Shown here piece after piece: positions 18,521-28,547 of a stretch of 48,350 nt of DNA. Under the pieces are notes generated by a model that was given only the letters and a program-made list of their open reading frames with translations, was not told where the DNA came from and made no database searches. Every line of letters begins with the position of its first letter. Position 1 is the stretch's first letter. The position numbers and the translations under genes are program-made. The DNA comes from Bdellovibrionales bacterium (lineage in GTDB: Bacteria; Bdellovibrionota; Bdellovibrionia; Bdellovibrionales; JAMPXM01). Location of the stretch: NCBI GenBank assembly GCA_043784965.1, contig JAYVXS010000085.1:1-48350 (forward strand), read 5' to 3'.

Positions 18521-19320
18521 TTTGCTGCCTTTGCTTGAAGAGATAATAACTTGAGTTCAAGTGGAACGCGGTAGGCTTCTGGACTTCCTGGAAAATAGCT
18601 TTGAACATCTGCCAATACCGATTTAGCCTCGAAGAGATTCCCTTGTTTTTTTAATATTTGAGCTTTCAAAAAATAGGCTGAAACAATTTTATTTGCGTTT
18701 GGATAGAAACGAATTAGCTTTTCACATTCCGCTAAAGCAGCTTGAACATTTGCATTCTCAAAATCGAGGCGAGCATTGAGGAAAATAGCCCGATCAGCAA
18801 AAACACTTTGCGGATAAGTTTTTAAAAGTATCTCAGTTACTCGCTTCAAATCAGGCAGTTTCTTTTGCCGATAACTCGCAATCACTTTCGCATATAAGTT
18901 ATGCTCAGCACTTTCATGACTATCGGTAGCAATCGCCTCTTCGGTTTTTACTGCATTTGCTCCTATTGGCGAGACAATCGAAGGCTGCGGTAAGACTTGC
19001 GACACTTGGGGGGTATTTGAAATGCTAGCAACAGGTCTTATTGACTCATCGGACTGAATTTGCCCAGCACTAGGCTGAAATGGAACCGGAACTTTTTGGG
19101 TTGACGCTTGATTATCAGCCAAATATTTTTGCTTGAGTATCCAATTTTGCTCTTTCAAGTTTTCAATACTCAATTGCTTTTTTCTCAAGTCATTCTCAAG
19201 AGTCCGAATTTTTCTATTGCTTTGAACACGCTCCGACTGGAGCTGCCCAGTTTGCACGCAGGAAAAAAACATTGTGCAACTTAAAAAGTAAGCCGCTCTC
19301 AGAAAAATGGAACTATTCAT
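18517..19320 (-). CDS. Coiled-coil/TPR lipoprotein (CpoB/YbgF-like)
   Basis: Lipobox-like FFSC, coiled coil, TPRs ending YPQS, YPNA and FPGSPEA. Confidence 0.7.
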   Translation of the reverse strand: MNSSIFLRAAYFLSCTMFFSCVQTGQLQSERVQSNRKIRTLENDLRKKQLSIENLKEQNWILKQKYLADNQASTQKVPVPFQPSAGQIQSDESIRPVASISNTPQVSQVLPQPSIVSPIGANAVKTEEAIATDSHESAEHNLYAKVIASYRQKKLPDLKRVTEILLKTYPQSVFADRAIFLNARLDFENANVQAALAECEKLIRFYPNANKIVSAYFLKAQILKKQGNLFEAKSVLADVQSYFPGSPEAYRVPLELKLLSLQAKAAK

Positions 19321-19474
19321 AAATCTCCAATTAAGATTTCACACCGCACCACATTTAAATCTTAATGCACTCTAGCCTACTATTAAAGGGCTCTGTGGCA
19401 ACAATTGGTCTAGATTCATCGAGTCCGCACAATCTTTTGGCAGAATATCTATCATAAGAAAATTCTTATAGCAG

Positions 19475-19483
19475 TTATCCACA
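19475..19483 (+). promoter_or_regulatory. Consensus DnaA box
   Basis: TTATCCACA in an AT-rich divergent intergenic region. Only one perfect copy. Confidence 0.4.
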
Positions 19484-19725
19484 AACTTTGTGTATTTGAG
19501 GCTCTCCTGGACTATAGACCCAATAATGGATATGGCTTTGCGGCTTTTGCACTAGCTTTGTGCACCGCTTATATATGTAATAATACTTATCTTTTTACTA
19601 TTTATGACATGCTTTTGCAGCTTATCTGTTAGAGTTCTTAAATTCGCGTTTCGAATTGTTAAATCCTCTGAATTGCATTTTATCGCAATTTGATTTCGGA
19701 TTTTTATTTGCAGTTCGAATTCTAA

Positions 19726-20604
19726 ATGCTCATCAGTGTATTTTTAGTAATTTCGAGTCTAGTGGGACAGTTCTGTGTACCAATTGAGCATCTTAGGGGA
19801 TTCTCATCTTTCGTACATGAAGGCTGCTTGCGAATCGCCCCCAGTTCAGTTTACAGAGAAGAATATCAATCCCTGGTTTGTGGAGCCAAACTATTGAGTC
19901 AAAAAAGCCTGTTACAATCCAGTGGCTTTATCCATCTTTTTTTCATTTACGGATTTCAAATTTATCTCGCGCAAATTATCTCTAAACGGCTTTTTGCGAA
20001 TAATTTGTCACGAGTTACTTCTTTGTTCATTTTTGTAGCGCTCATACTTTCAGTTACAGCCTTTCATCCTTCAAGCATGCGCGCAGCCATCGGACTATTT
20101 TTAAGAGAAACCTCAAGCCAGAAAAAATTATTTTGGTCGCCTCTTCAAATCGCAATATTTTCTGGATTTTTCTGCGTAGGACTTGAGCCAGGTTTGATTC
20201 AAAACTACTCTCTATTGATCAGCTGGATTGCAGCAATTAGCTTTGGCTTTTTCTCTAAATACCAACCTCAGTTTAAAGTATTTGCTATCCCAATAGTAAT
20301 CCTACCAGTCCTCTCTGGAATGGCGATTCCACATCCAATCCTCAGCTTCATCTTTTCAATTTTCTCGCAGCCAATTCTTTTTATAATTTTCCCGCTTAGC
20401 GTTTTAAGTTTTATTATGCCAAAAATGGTCGTTTTACTTGATTTATTTTGGCAGAAGGCATTTTCAATTGCCGAATTCAGCAGGCATATTTTGAGTCCTG
20501 TTCAACTAAATGAAAAATTCTCGTTCATTGTAATCTGGTTCTATTTGTTAATGCTCATCACTCTATTTCTATTTCTTGAGAACAAAAAATTGCGCGACAA
20601 GTAA
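19726..20604 (+). CDS. ComEC/Rec2 membrane (Competence) domain protein
   Basis: SSGFIHLFFIYGFQ (degenerate G.xHL..SGxH), PSSMRA, multiple TM segments, adjacent to the MBL half. Confidence 0.7.
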   Translation: MLISVFLVISSLVGQFCVPIEHLRGFSSFVHEGCLRIAPSSVYREEYQSLVCGAKLLSQKSLLQSSGFIHLFFIYGFQIYLAQIISKRLFANNLSRVTSLFIFVALILSVTAFHPSSMRAAIGLFLRETSSQKKLFWSPLQIAIFSGFFCVGLEPGLIQNYSLLISWIAAISFGFFSKYQPQFKVFAIPIVILPVLSGMAIPHPILSFIFSIFSQPILFIIFPLSVLSFIMPKMVVLLDLFWQKAFSIAEFSRHILSPVQLNEKFSFIVIWFYLLMLITLFLFLENKKLRDK

Positions 20605-20624
20605 ATTCAGCAGAAAGGTTCAAA

Positions 20625-21392
20625 ATGTTACAATTTCTAAATTCTATTCTCGTAATATTCAATATCCATATCTTTGAAAGCTCTTCCCAAAAAGAGCTCC
20701 GTACACCAAGAGACGAACTCATTATTTGGAACGTTGGACAGGGTCAGTGGGCGACTGTATCTACAAGCAAAACATGCCTACACTTTGATATAGGTGGCGA
20801 ACGCGTTAATTGGTCGCCTATATTAGCTTTATGCAAACCTAAAAAGAATCTGGCATTTTTTAGTCACTGGGATATGGATCATCTCTCATTTGTCTCATCG
20901 GCTTTTCGCCAATTTGAAAACTTCTGTGTTTCAGCACTACCAAGCGGTCCGTGTCCTTCAGAGAAAAAATTAAAAATATTTTCGAACTTGCCAAGATGCT
21001 CAATCGAAAGGCCTAAAGAAGTTATTGAGATTTTCGAGAGTCGCTCATTAAACCTGCAAAAACTTTCGAGCAATGACTATTCCCGCGTTTTTGAATATTC
21101 CAACTGGATGCTTGCTCAAGGTGATTCTCCTATTAGACAAGAAAAGCATTGGACTGAAAACTCTGCACTATTAGAAAAGATCAAAGTAATCGTGCTTGGA
21201 CATCACGGAAGCCGCACTAGCACTTCAGATCTCTTACTCTCTCGCTTGCCTAATTTGAAAATAGCTATTGCTAGTGCCAGAAAGGCTAGATACGGACATC
21301 CTCATGAAGAGGTTTTGAAACGTCTAAAAAAGTTTGGCGTTTCCAGTATACTAACGGAAGAGTGGGGCAATATTCATATTGAATTGCCCTGA
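20625..21392 (+). CDS. ComEC-type metallo-beta-lactamase fold domain protein
   Basis: NVGQG, SHWDMDH, GD, HHGSRTS, RYGHPH. Confidence 0.85.
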   Translation: MLQFLNSILVIFNIHIFESSSQKELRTPRDELIIWNVGQGQWATVSTSKTCLHFDIGGERVNWSPILALCKPKKNLAFFSHWDMDHLSFVSSAFRQFENFCVSALPSGPCPSEKKLKIFSNLPRCSIERPKEVIEIFESRSLNLQKLSSNDYSRVFEYSNWMLAQGDSPIRQEKHWTENSALLEKIKVIVLGHHGSRTSTSDLLLSRLPNLKIAIASARKARYGHPHEEVLKRLKKFGVSSILTEEWGNIHIELP

Positions 21393-21464
21393 TTAGCCAC
21401 TCTGATGACCTACCCTGAGTTGGGCCAGCTCTAAACGTCTGATGAGAGTAACAAGTAAAGACTC

Positions 21465-21493
21465 TCAAACACTCCCCCAGCGAAAGTGTTTGA
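21465..21493. terminator. Hairpin between convergent genes, possible terminator
   Basis: TCAAACACT-N11-AGTGTTTGA. Confidence 0.45.
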
Positions 21494-21523
21494 AATATTC
21501 TATGTATATAAATTAAATTCTAA

Positions 21524-22630
21524 CTAGTTTTTGAAGGCCTTAAATTCCATTTTCAAATCTCGCGCCACAGGCTCGTATGAAACGAAGCCTTTGTAAACAT
21601 TTAGTCCTTTGTAAAGGGCTTTGTCTCTTGTGATAGCATCTTCAACACCCATTTGAGCGAGCATCGAAGCATATTTAAAAGTGGCATTAGTTAGAGCGTA
21701 AGTTGAAGTCCGCGCTACAACACCTGGCATATTCGGAACACAATAGTGAATGACTCCATTCACTTCATAAGTTGGATGTGTATGACTAGTTGGTTTACAA
21801 GTTTCAATACAGCCCCCTTGGTCAACAGCTACGTCAACGACAACACTTCCGGGACTCATTTGCTCAATCATCAATTTTGTAACTAGGACAGGCGCTTTGT
21901 GACCAGTTACGAGAACTCCACCAACCACAAGGTCAGAATCTTTTACTGAAAGCTCAATGTTTTGCGAGTTTGAGAAAAGTGTATGCAGTCTTCCTTGAAA
22001 AACATCGTCTAGGTACTCAAGTCGAGCCATATTCACATCTAAAATAGTCACGTCGGCACCAAGACCAACTGCCATTTTTGCAGCATTGATTCCCACAACA
22101 CCGCCACCAATAATGGTAACTTTACCACGCTTAACGCCGGTTACGCCGCCGAGGAGAATGCCTTTGCCACCATGATCTTTTTGCAAATAGAAAGCTCCCA
22201 CTTGCGTTGCCATACGTCCGGCTACTTCACTCATTGGAGTGAGCAATGGAAGACTACCGTCTTCTTTTTGAATTGTTTCGTAGGCAATCGCCTTCACTTT
22301 ACGATCACATAATACCTTTGTGAGTTTTGGTTCCGCGGCTAAATGCAAATAGGTATAAAGAATGAGATTTTCTTTTAGCAGCTCATACTCATCGGCGAGA
22401 GGTTCCTTTACTTTTACTATCATCTCAGCTTTGCCATAAATTTCTTTTGCGGTATCAAGAATTTTAGCTCCTGCTTCGAGGTAACTCTCGTTTGAAATTC
22501 GGCTACCCAAACCCGCATCTTTTTGAACATAAACCTGGTGTCCTTCATGCACGAGTTGCTTCACTCCTGCCTCAGTCATGCCGACACGATTTTCACTAAT
22601 CTTAATTTCTTTAGGTACGCCTATGATCAT
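21524..22630 (-). CDS. ald: Alanine dehydrogenase
   Basis: [57 protein letters not shown]. Confidence 0.97.
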   Translation of the reverse strand: MIIGVPKEIKISENRVGMTEAGVKQLVHEGHQVYVQKDAGLGSRISNESYLEAGAKILDTAKEIYGKAEMIVKVKEPLADEYELLKENLILYTYLHLAAEPKLTKVLCDRKVKAIAYETIQKEDGSLPLLTPMSEVAGRMATQVGAFYLQKDHGGKGILLGGVTGVKRGKVTIIGGGVVGINAAKMAVGLGADVTILDVNMARLEYLDDVFQGRLHTLFSNSQNIELSVKDSDLVVGGVLVTGHKAPVLVTKLMIEQMSPGSVVVDVAVDQGGCIETCKPTSHTHPTYEVNGVIHYCVPNMPGVVARTSTYALTNATFKYASMLAQMGVEDAITRDKALYKGLNVYKGFVSYEPVARDLKMEFKAFKN

Positions 22631-22835
22631 GAATACTCCCTGACAATTATTGTTTTTTAGAAAGGTCAGATCTTAGCGGGGCTTTTTAAAAACTCAAGTG
22701 TTGAATTTGAGATTAAACTTCTTTCATGACTAGTCGTGAGATAAAATGAAAGAAATCAGTCATAAGGGAGGTCAATTATGCCTTTTTTTCTAACGCGGGC
22801 CTATTCCCGGAGCTGATTCCTGACGAAGACTGGTT

Positions 22836-23744
22836 CTATTTATAGGCGGCAGCCCTCATCAGCAATTCGTCTCGAGACTCAATTTCTGCGCCCAACTCTA
22901 CGTTTCGAATAGAGTCCGGTGAGTTTTGGATTTTACGTACGAGTTTGTTCATTACATCGTGGCCCGCTTTATAAAGCACCAATTGACCCATCAATGGAAC
23001 GCCAAGAGTCGCCAAATCACCTAGGGCATCAAGGGCTTTATGGCGTACAAATTCATCTGGAAATCTCAATCCTTCTGGATTCAGAACGTCGCGATTATCG
23101 AGAACTACTGCATTGTCAAGACTCCCACCAAGCGCCAAGCCCCGGGCACGTAACATTTCGACATCTTTTAAAAATCCAAAGGTTCTAGCCCGAGCCAGTT
23201 CACGAGAAAATGAATTTTCATTGATATCGATATCAATCTTCTGTTTTCCGATTTTAGGATGTGGAAACTCAATCGTACAAGTTACCCGAAGCCCATTATA
23301 AGGTATGACGTAGGCATGCTTATCGCCGTCTCCATAAAATATAGGTTGGGTGACATAGGCATATTTGCGAGCTTCGTCTTGCTCAACAAATCCGGCTTCG
23401 AGAATGGCTTGCATAAAAGCATGCGCACTTCCATCACAAATCGGAATTTCTGGACCGCTCAATTCAATAAATAAATTATCGATACGAAAGGCAGCCATCG
23501 TCGATAGACAGTGTTCGACCGTTGATACCGAAAACTCGGGTCCACCAAGTGTGGTTGCCATCGAGGTTGCTTGGACATGCTGAGCATGAGTCGTAACCGC
23601 AGGCATACCCGGCAGGTCGGTGCGCACAAAGTAAATTCCAGTATTAGCCGGCGCTGGCCTAAAGGTGAGGGATGCGGGCTTTCCGCTATGAACACCAATG
23701 CCTTCTACTTTTACTCTTTTGCGAATCGTACGTTGTAAAAACAC
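22836..23744 (-). CDS. lpxC: UDP-3-O-acyl-N-acetylglucosamine deacetylase
   Basis: QRTI, GIGVHSG, TVEHCLS, ARARTFGF, EFVRHKALD, KAGH. Start set to GTG 23744 (ATG 23756 is the alternative). Confidence 0.96.
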   Translation of the reverse strand: MFLQRTIRKRVKVEGIGVHSGKPASLTFRPAPANTGIYFVRTDLPGMPAVTTHAQHVQATSMATTLGGPEFSVSTVEHCLSTMAAFRIDNLFIELSGPEIPICDGSAHAFMQAILEAGFVEQDEARKYAYVTQPIFYGDGDKHAYVIPYNGLRVTCTIEFPHPKIGKQKIDIDINENSFSRELARARTFGFLKDVEMLRARGLALGGSLDNAVVLDNRDVLNPEGLRFPDEFVRHKALDALGDLATLGVPLMGQLVLYKAGHDVMNKLVRKIQNSPDSIRNVELGAEIESRDELLMRAAAYK

Positions 23745-23785
23745 ATAGCCCTTCATTTCAATTTTTTGCTTACACTTACTACTAA

Positions 23786-23800
23786 GCAATTTAGATACCA
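23786..23800 (-). promoter_or_regulatory. Putative sigma54 (-24/-12) promoter of lpxC
   Basis: Minus strand TGGTATCTAAATTGC (GG-N10-GC), about 42 bp upstream of the start. Confidence 0.55.
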
Positions 23801-23943
23801 ATAAAGTTCGAACCAGCAAAGCACTAATAGTCCGTAACCTACTGAAATTACCTAGTAAACTTGCGGATTGAAAGTCGAGTTATTAGCCCAACCGCAAATC
23901 CAGTAGTAGAAAATCCACAGTGTGTCTCCTTTAGGACCCAAAT

Positions 23944-23979
23944 CAGGTCTATTACCCAGGTCTATTACCCAGGTCTATT
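23944..23979. repeat. 13-bp tandem repeat (CAGGTCTATTACC) x2.8
   Basis: Read directly. Confidence 0.85.
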
Positions 23980-24054
23980 TGCCCCGTATCTCTGAGCCTG
24001 AAGCTTTACCAAGAAAACCAAATTGCCGATACAAGTAAAGGTACCTGACTCAGA

Positions 24055-24345
24055 TTGAAAGGTCTTTTTGTGCGAAATAATTTTGCAGCCAACGGATTAA
24101 TGGTTTTATTCATGAGCCTGCTGGCTTCGTGCGCTAGTCAGTCACCAACTTCAAGGTTCGGCTCAGAACCTAATATAGACTCAAGAGCAATAGGCGCAGC
24201 CTATGCCGCCGAGGGTTTTACCTATTCAAAAAATATGCCCCTCCATCAAAAATCACCATTTGATTTCTACTTCAGAACTTGCACCCACGACGATGGCAAA
24301 GCCTACTATTCGAAGACTTCTTATGACTGTACGATGATTCCCTAG
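24055..24345 (+). CDS. Hypothetical small lipoprotein
   Basis: Lipobox LLASC and two further Cys. The start may be downstream of the TTG. Confidence 0.6.
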   Translation: MKGLFVRNNFAANGLMVLFMSLLASCASQSPTSRFGSEPNIDSRAIGAAYAAEGFTYSKNMPLHQKSPFDFYFRTCTHDDGKAYYSKTSYDCTMIP

Positions 24346-24394
24346 CCAGTGCTCTTGAATCCTCTGCCGATCAACTAGCAGCCAATTTATATAG

Positions 24395-24471
24395 ACTGAC
24401 TCACCCATAATCGGGACCGAAACCGAAAAACTGCAAGCAGCCGTTGCTGCCGCTAAACTGCCGCTAAACTG
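24395..24471 (+). repeat. Repeat family B copy, 3'-truncated, with an internal 11-bp duplication
   Basis: ACTGACTCACCCATAATCGGGACCGAAACCGAAAAACTGCAAGC... followed by (CTGCCGCTAAA) x2. Confidence 0.85.
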
Positions 24472-24506
24472 ACAATTTTTTGATAGCTTTGCGTTAGTCG
24501 CAAATA

Positions 24507-25535
24507 CTAAAGCTCAATTGGGCGAAGTGAAAACTGTTCTGCGGATAGATTTAATCCCAAGTGAAGGCGCGCACTTTCGGTGATGATCCGTCCACGTGGA
24601 GTTTTTTGCAACAGACCTTCTTGAAGTAAAAATGGCTCATAGACCTCTTCAATGGTATCGCGCTCCTCGCTTAAAGCTGAGGCAATTGTTTCAATGCCTA
24701 CGGGTCCGCCGCCGAACTTATCTGAGATGAGTGCCAGGATCTTTCGATCCATTTCATCAAGACCTAGAGCATCTACTTCGAGCTGAGTCAGAGCATATTG
24801 AGCAAGCTCTAAACTTATGTTACCGTCACCTTTTACTTGCGCATAGTCCCGCACCCGCTTCAAGAGACGATTGGCAATTCGCGGCGTACCTCGACAGCGT
24901 CTGGCAATCTCTTGGGCTCCATCTGGAGACATTTCAATTTTTAATATTTCAGCTGAGCGAGTGAGAATTTGAACTAATGACTTTCGGTCGTAAAAATTAA
25001 GTGCTTCTGGAATTCCAAATCGAGAGCGCAGTGGCGCAGTTAGTAGGCCAGATCGAGTGGTTGCTCCAATTAGCGTAAATGGAGCCAATTGAAAACGCAT
25101 ACTTCTGGCGCCCATGCCATCGCCCATAACAATATCAATACAAAAGTCATCCATAGCAGAATAAATATATTCTTCGACTACTTTATTTAGGCGATGAATT
25201 TCATCTATAAATAAGATTGAATTTGGCTGAAGACTGGTCAATACTGCGGCAATATCTCCCTTTTTTTCAAGAGCTGGACCCGAAGTTATTTTAAAGTCGA
25301 CGCCCATCGCTCCCGCAATAATTCCAGCAAGAGTTGTTTTACCTAGTCCCGGAGGACCGCTAAGTAAAATATGATCGAGCGGCTCGCTTCTCATTTTGGC
25401 AGCGGCAATAAATACTTTCAATTTTTCTTTGACTTTATCTTGCCCCGGAAAGTCCTCAAATGTCTTCGGACGCAAAACATTTTCCCAATTGCCTTCTGAA
25501 TTTTCAATTTCAGCATTTACAATACGATCTTCCAT
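24507..25535 (-). CDS. ruvB: Holliday junction helicase RuvB
   Basis: LRPK, GPPGLGKTTLA, FIDEIHRL, GATTRSG, RGTPRIANRLL, KTPRGR. Confidence 0.98.
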   Translation of the reverse strand: MEDRIVNAEIENSEGNWENVLRPKTFEDFPGQDKVKEKLKVFIAAAKMRSEPLDHILLSGPPGLGKTTLAGIIAGAMGVDFKITSGPALEKKGDIAAVLTSLQPNSILFIDEIHRLNKVVEEYIYSAMDDFCIDIVMGDGMGARSMRFQLAPFTLIGATTRSGLLTAPLRSRFGIPEALNFYDRKSLVQILTRSAEILKIEMSPDGAQEIARRCRGTPRIANRLLKRVRDYAQVKGDGNISLELAQYALTQLEVDALGLDEMDRKILALISDKFGGGPVGIETIASALSEERDTIEEVYEPFLLQEGLLQKTPRGRIITESARLHLGLNLSAEQFSLRPIEL

Positions 25536-25575
25536 TCCTCACCCCTTCGCCGGCCAAATTCCTAAATTTAAATTT

Positions 25576-26163
25576 CTAAGCTTGTCCTGAAAGCGCGGCC
25601 AAGCCCTTTCGCAAACTCTCCTCAATTCCAAGTTCACGTGGCAATCCAGCAACGACTCTCTCTACTTCGGGTAAACGATACCCAAGATTCACCAAAGCAG
25701 ACACAAGTTCTGTTCTAATTCCAACTGGAGATTTAAAGTGCGAAGCATCACCCTCACTACTTTCAAAACTCAACTTACCTTTTAAAGTTAAAATAAGCTG
25801 TTCGGCGGTCTTCTTTCCGACTTTTGGGATCGTTGAAATTGCCTTAATGTCGCCCGTCTCAATCATTCTAACTAGTTGGTCGAGGCTTGATCCAGATAGA
25901 ATCTTAAGCGCGAGCTTCGGGCCCACACCATTCACTTTAAGAAGCGATAAAAAAATTCTCTTTTCCAGGGCCGAACTAAATCCAAAAAGTGTCAAAGCAT
26001 CTTCTCGCATATGGGTATGAACATAAATCTTTGTCTCTGAAGTAAGACTCAAATTATCAATTGTATTTGTCGAACAATTGAGTTCATAGCCAACCCCCGC
26101 CACATCAAAAATGATATGTTCAGGGTATTTTTCGACTAGCTTACCTCTTAACTGGCCAATCAT
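25576..26163 (-). CDS. ruvA: Holliday junction branch migration protein RuvA
   Basis: GVGYE, REDALTLFGF, VNGVGPKLA, VGKKTAE, ALVNLGY. Confidence 0.97.
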   Translation of the reverse strand: MIGQLRGKLVEKYPEHIIFDVAGVGYELNCSTNTIDNLSLTSETKIYVHTHMREDALTLFGFSSALEKRIFLSLLKVNGVGPKLALKILSGSSLDQLVRMIETGDIKAISTIPKVGKKTAEQLILTLKGKLSFESSEGDASHFKSPVGIRTELVSALVNLGYRLPEVERVVAGLPRELGIEESLRKGLAALSGQA

Positions 26164-26165
26164 AA

Positions 26166-26711
26166 TTACTCCTTGTTCATTAAAATACTTTGCGAGGACA
26201 CCTGGCGCGCCAAGCGGGTCTGAAACTCAATCGTTCGCGCATGATAAAAGCACAACGAAAGGGCGTCAGAGGCATCCAACTTCACAGACTGAGTCAATTT
26301 CAGCCCAAGGGCAGCGTAAAGCATCATCTGGACCTGTTCTTTGGACGCCGCACCACTACCTGTAATGCCCTTTTTTACTGACCGGGCGGCATACTCAACT
26401 ATTTCACTGTTTCTTTTAAGTGCTTCAAGTAAACATACACCGCGAATATGTCCTAATTTAAAAGCAGAATCAGCATTTTTACCCAAAAATATTTTTTCGA
26501 CAACCGTTATGCTGGGCGAAATACGCTCTACAAGTTTTGAAATTTCAAGACCAATGATTTCAATTCGTCTCAAGAAATCAAGAGTCTTAGGCGCAGAGAT
26601 CACACCGTGCTCAATATGTTTGAGTTTGTGACCCTCAAGTGATATTACGCCAAATCCAGTATGATAACTTCCGGGATCGAGTCCTAAAATGGTTTTTGGT
26701 ATCTTTTGCAT
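26166..26711 (-). CDS. ruvC: Crossover junction endodeoxyribonuclease RuvC
   Basis: ILGLDPG, TGFGVI, VEKIF, VKKGITGSGAASKEQV, DASDAL. Start set to ATG 26711. Confidence 0.96.
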   Translation of the reverse strand: MQKIPKTILGLDPGSYHTGFGVISLEGHKLKHIEHGVISAPKTLDFLRRIEIIGLEISKLVERISPSITVVEKIFLGKNADSAFKLGHIRGVCLLEALKRNSEIVEYAARSVKKGITGSGAASKEQVQMMLYAALGLKLTQSVKLDASDALSLCFYHARTIEFQTRLARQVSSQSILMNKE

Positions 26712-26797
26712 GTCAATTAAATCATACAAACGCGGTGCCCTTGTGCTTGGCAAGCAAGAATTTGAAATATTCCGATGTTTGTGCGAGAGTTAAGACT

Positions 26798-27595
26798 ATG
26801 GGCATTAGCGGCGAATTTATCGAGCGTTATCAGAACGAATACGACAAGAATCCTAATTCAAGATTGTTTGCTCCGTTAGCCGAAGCCTATCGAAAAATGG
26901 GCCGTCTAGCAGAGGCTGAAGGCCTTTGTAAAAAGGGCACTCAGATACATGCTAATTTCGCCAGCGGAAGGCTTGCTTACGCAAAAGTCCTCTTGGACCT
27001 GCAACAAATAGAAGCAGCTCATCAACAGTTGAAAACTGCGACGGAGCTTTCACCCGACAACATTTTAGCTTTTCATCTACTTGGAGAGGTTTGCCTTAAA
27101 CTTAAGCGCCCAAGAGAGGCACTTCAAGCCTTTAAAATGTTACTATTCTTGCATCCCGAAGACGAGCGTGCGCAAAAAGCCGTTAAAAAATGGGAGTTTT
27201 TAGTGGCTCAGGACTTTGCTGAAGAAAGTTTTGAAAAAGAGGGCGGCAAGCCATCATTAGCAAAAGAAAACCCTTCATTTGAAGCTCAATCCCAGCCTGG
27301 ACGAAGCTTGACTCCCCAACGAGAACTCGATCATGCTATTTCTCTGGCCGATGCTCTTACAATTCGCAACGATCTCGAGCGCGCTCTTGAGGTTCTAATA
27401 GAAGCACAAATGCGCCTCGGTCAAGTAAATGAAATTGAGCGTCGATTGAAGATTCTGAAACGCAGAACTCAAGCCTATAGCGAACAAACCACAATTGAAT
27501 CGAGCACTCCATTTGAGAGCGCGCCGAAACCTAAAATTCGCAAACAAAAGCTGGAGTTACTTCTGCAGCGTATTATGAGTAGACCTCTTTTGTAA
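26798..27595 (+). CDS. Tetratricopeptide repeat protein
   Basis: NPNSRLFAPLAEAYRKMG and further TPR units. Start set to ATG 26798. Confidence 0.85.
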   Translation: MGISGEFIERYQNEYDKNPNSRLFAPLAEAYRKMGRLAEAEGLCKKGTQIHANFASGRLAYAKVLLDLQQIEAAHQQLKTATELSPDNILAFHLLGEVCLKLKRPREALQAFKMLLFLHPEDERAQKAVKKWEFLVAQDFAEESFEKEGGKPSLAKENPSFEAQSQPGRSLTPQRELDHAISLADALTIRNDLERALEVLIEAQMRLGQVNEIERRLKILKRRTQAYSEQTTIESSTPFESAPKPKIRKQKLELLLQRIMSRPLL

Positions 27596-27627
27596 CTAGT
27601 CGCGAGGTCTAATATTAGCCCCGGCTA

Positions 27628-27826
27628 GCCCGGATATTTCATCAGTTTCGTGGTGAAATCGTTGATTCGCAGACTGGCCTGGCGATTGAGAGACCTTTGA
27701 ATGAGGCATGAGTGAGGCAACCTCAAATCAGGTTGTCGCAATGAAAAGGTCTCGAAAACTCCAGAAGCGAAGTGCCCAGACTAGCAAAGCGGCGATTGCA
27801 ACAGAAATCTGATGAAATCTCCGGGC
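27628..27826 (+). mobile_element. Repeat family A, full-length copy with an 11-bp internal duplication
   Basis: CTA|GCCCGGATATTTCATCAG...CTGATGAAATCTCCGGGC|TAG, colinear with 4197-4384. Confidence 0.9.
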
Positions 27827-27867
27827 TAGGACGGGCCTCCGAGAGCCTGTATAAGAGAGCTTTCAAG

Positions 27868-27897
27868 TTGACGAAAGTCTTTGAAATATCTAATAAT
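27868..27897 (+). promoter_or_regulatory. Putative sigma70 promoter of efp
   Basis: TTGACG-N17/18-(T)AATAAT upstream of an AGAGGA RBS. Confidence 0.4.
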
Positions 27898-27938
27898 CAA
27901 ACTTTTACAACCGATTTAATTACTGACAAAGAGGAAAT

Positions 27939-28502
27939 ATGTACCAGCTTACCGATTTCAAAAGAGGCTTGAAAATAATGGTTGAGGGGCAACCCTTCGC
28001 AGTTGTCGATTTTCAACATGTGAAACCCGGAAAAGGGAATCAATTTACGCGAACAAAGTTACGAAATCTTTTAACTGGCTCTAATCTCGAGCGCACTTTT
28101 AAATCCGGCGAAAAATTTGAAGTTCCAGATGTCAATACTCAAGACATGACATTTTTATACAAAGACGAGAATGGCTATAACTTCATGAATCAAACCAACT
28201 TTGAGCAGATATGTGTTAGCGAAGATGATATCGGTGATGCAAAAAATTATTTGATCGAAAGTCTTCAATGTGTCGTGATGAATTATAATGGAAAACCCAT
28301 TGGCATCGACTGTCCAAACTCAGTTGCTCTCAAGGTCGTCAAAACGGACCCAAACTTCAAAGGAAATACAGTTACGGGAGCTACCAAACCAGCCATTCTT
28401 GAAACTGGCCATACCGTGAATGTTCCAATGCATATTGGTGAAGGCGACACGTTAAAGGTCGATACTCGAACCGGAGAATATGTCGAGCGCGTAAGTAAAT
28501 AA
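27939..28502 (+). CDS. efp: Translation elongation factor P
   Basis: FQHVKPGKG, KPAILETG, VPMHI, VDTRTGEYVER. Confidence 0.97.
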   Translation: MYQLTDFKRGLKIMVEGQPFAVVDFQHVKPGKGNQFTRTKLRNLLTGSNLERTFKSGEKFEVPDVNTQDMTFLYKDENGYNFMNQTNFEQICVSEDDIGDAKNYLIESLQCVVMNYNGKPIGIDCPNSVALKVVKTDPNFKGNTVTGATKPAILETGHTVNVPMHIGEGDTLKVDTRTGEYVERVSK

Positions 28503-28547
28503 GTCTGATTCCAAATACACCTATGAGAAACCAACTTTGGAGAATTT

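Noticed and set aside
19448-19475. CATAA-N8-TTATA resembling a dif/Xer site
   Set aside because: The spacer is 8 bp and the match to the XerD arm TTATGTTAAAT is poor.
21393-21470. Two CTGATGA motifs resembling a hammerhead or fluoride riboswitch
   Set aside because: There is no GAAA after the candidate stem II and no riboswitch 5' element, and the site lies between convergent genes.
24005-24032. GCCGATAC as a sigma28 -10 box (also 14080 and 38814)
   Set aside because: No convincing -35 element at the correct spacing.
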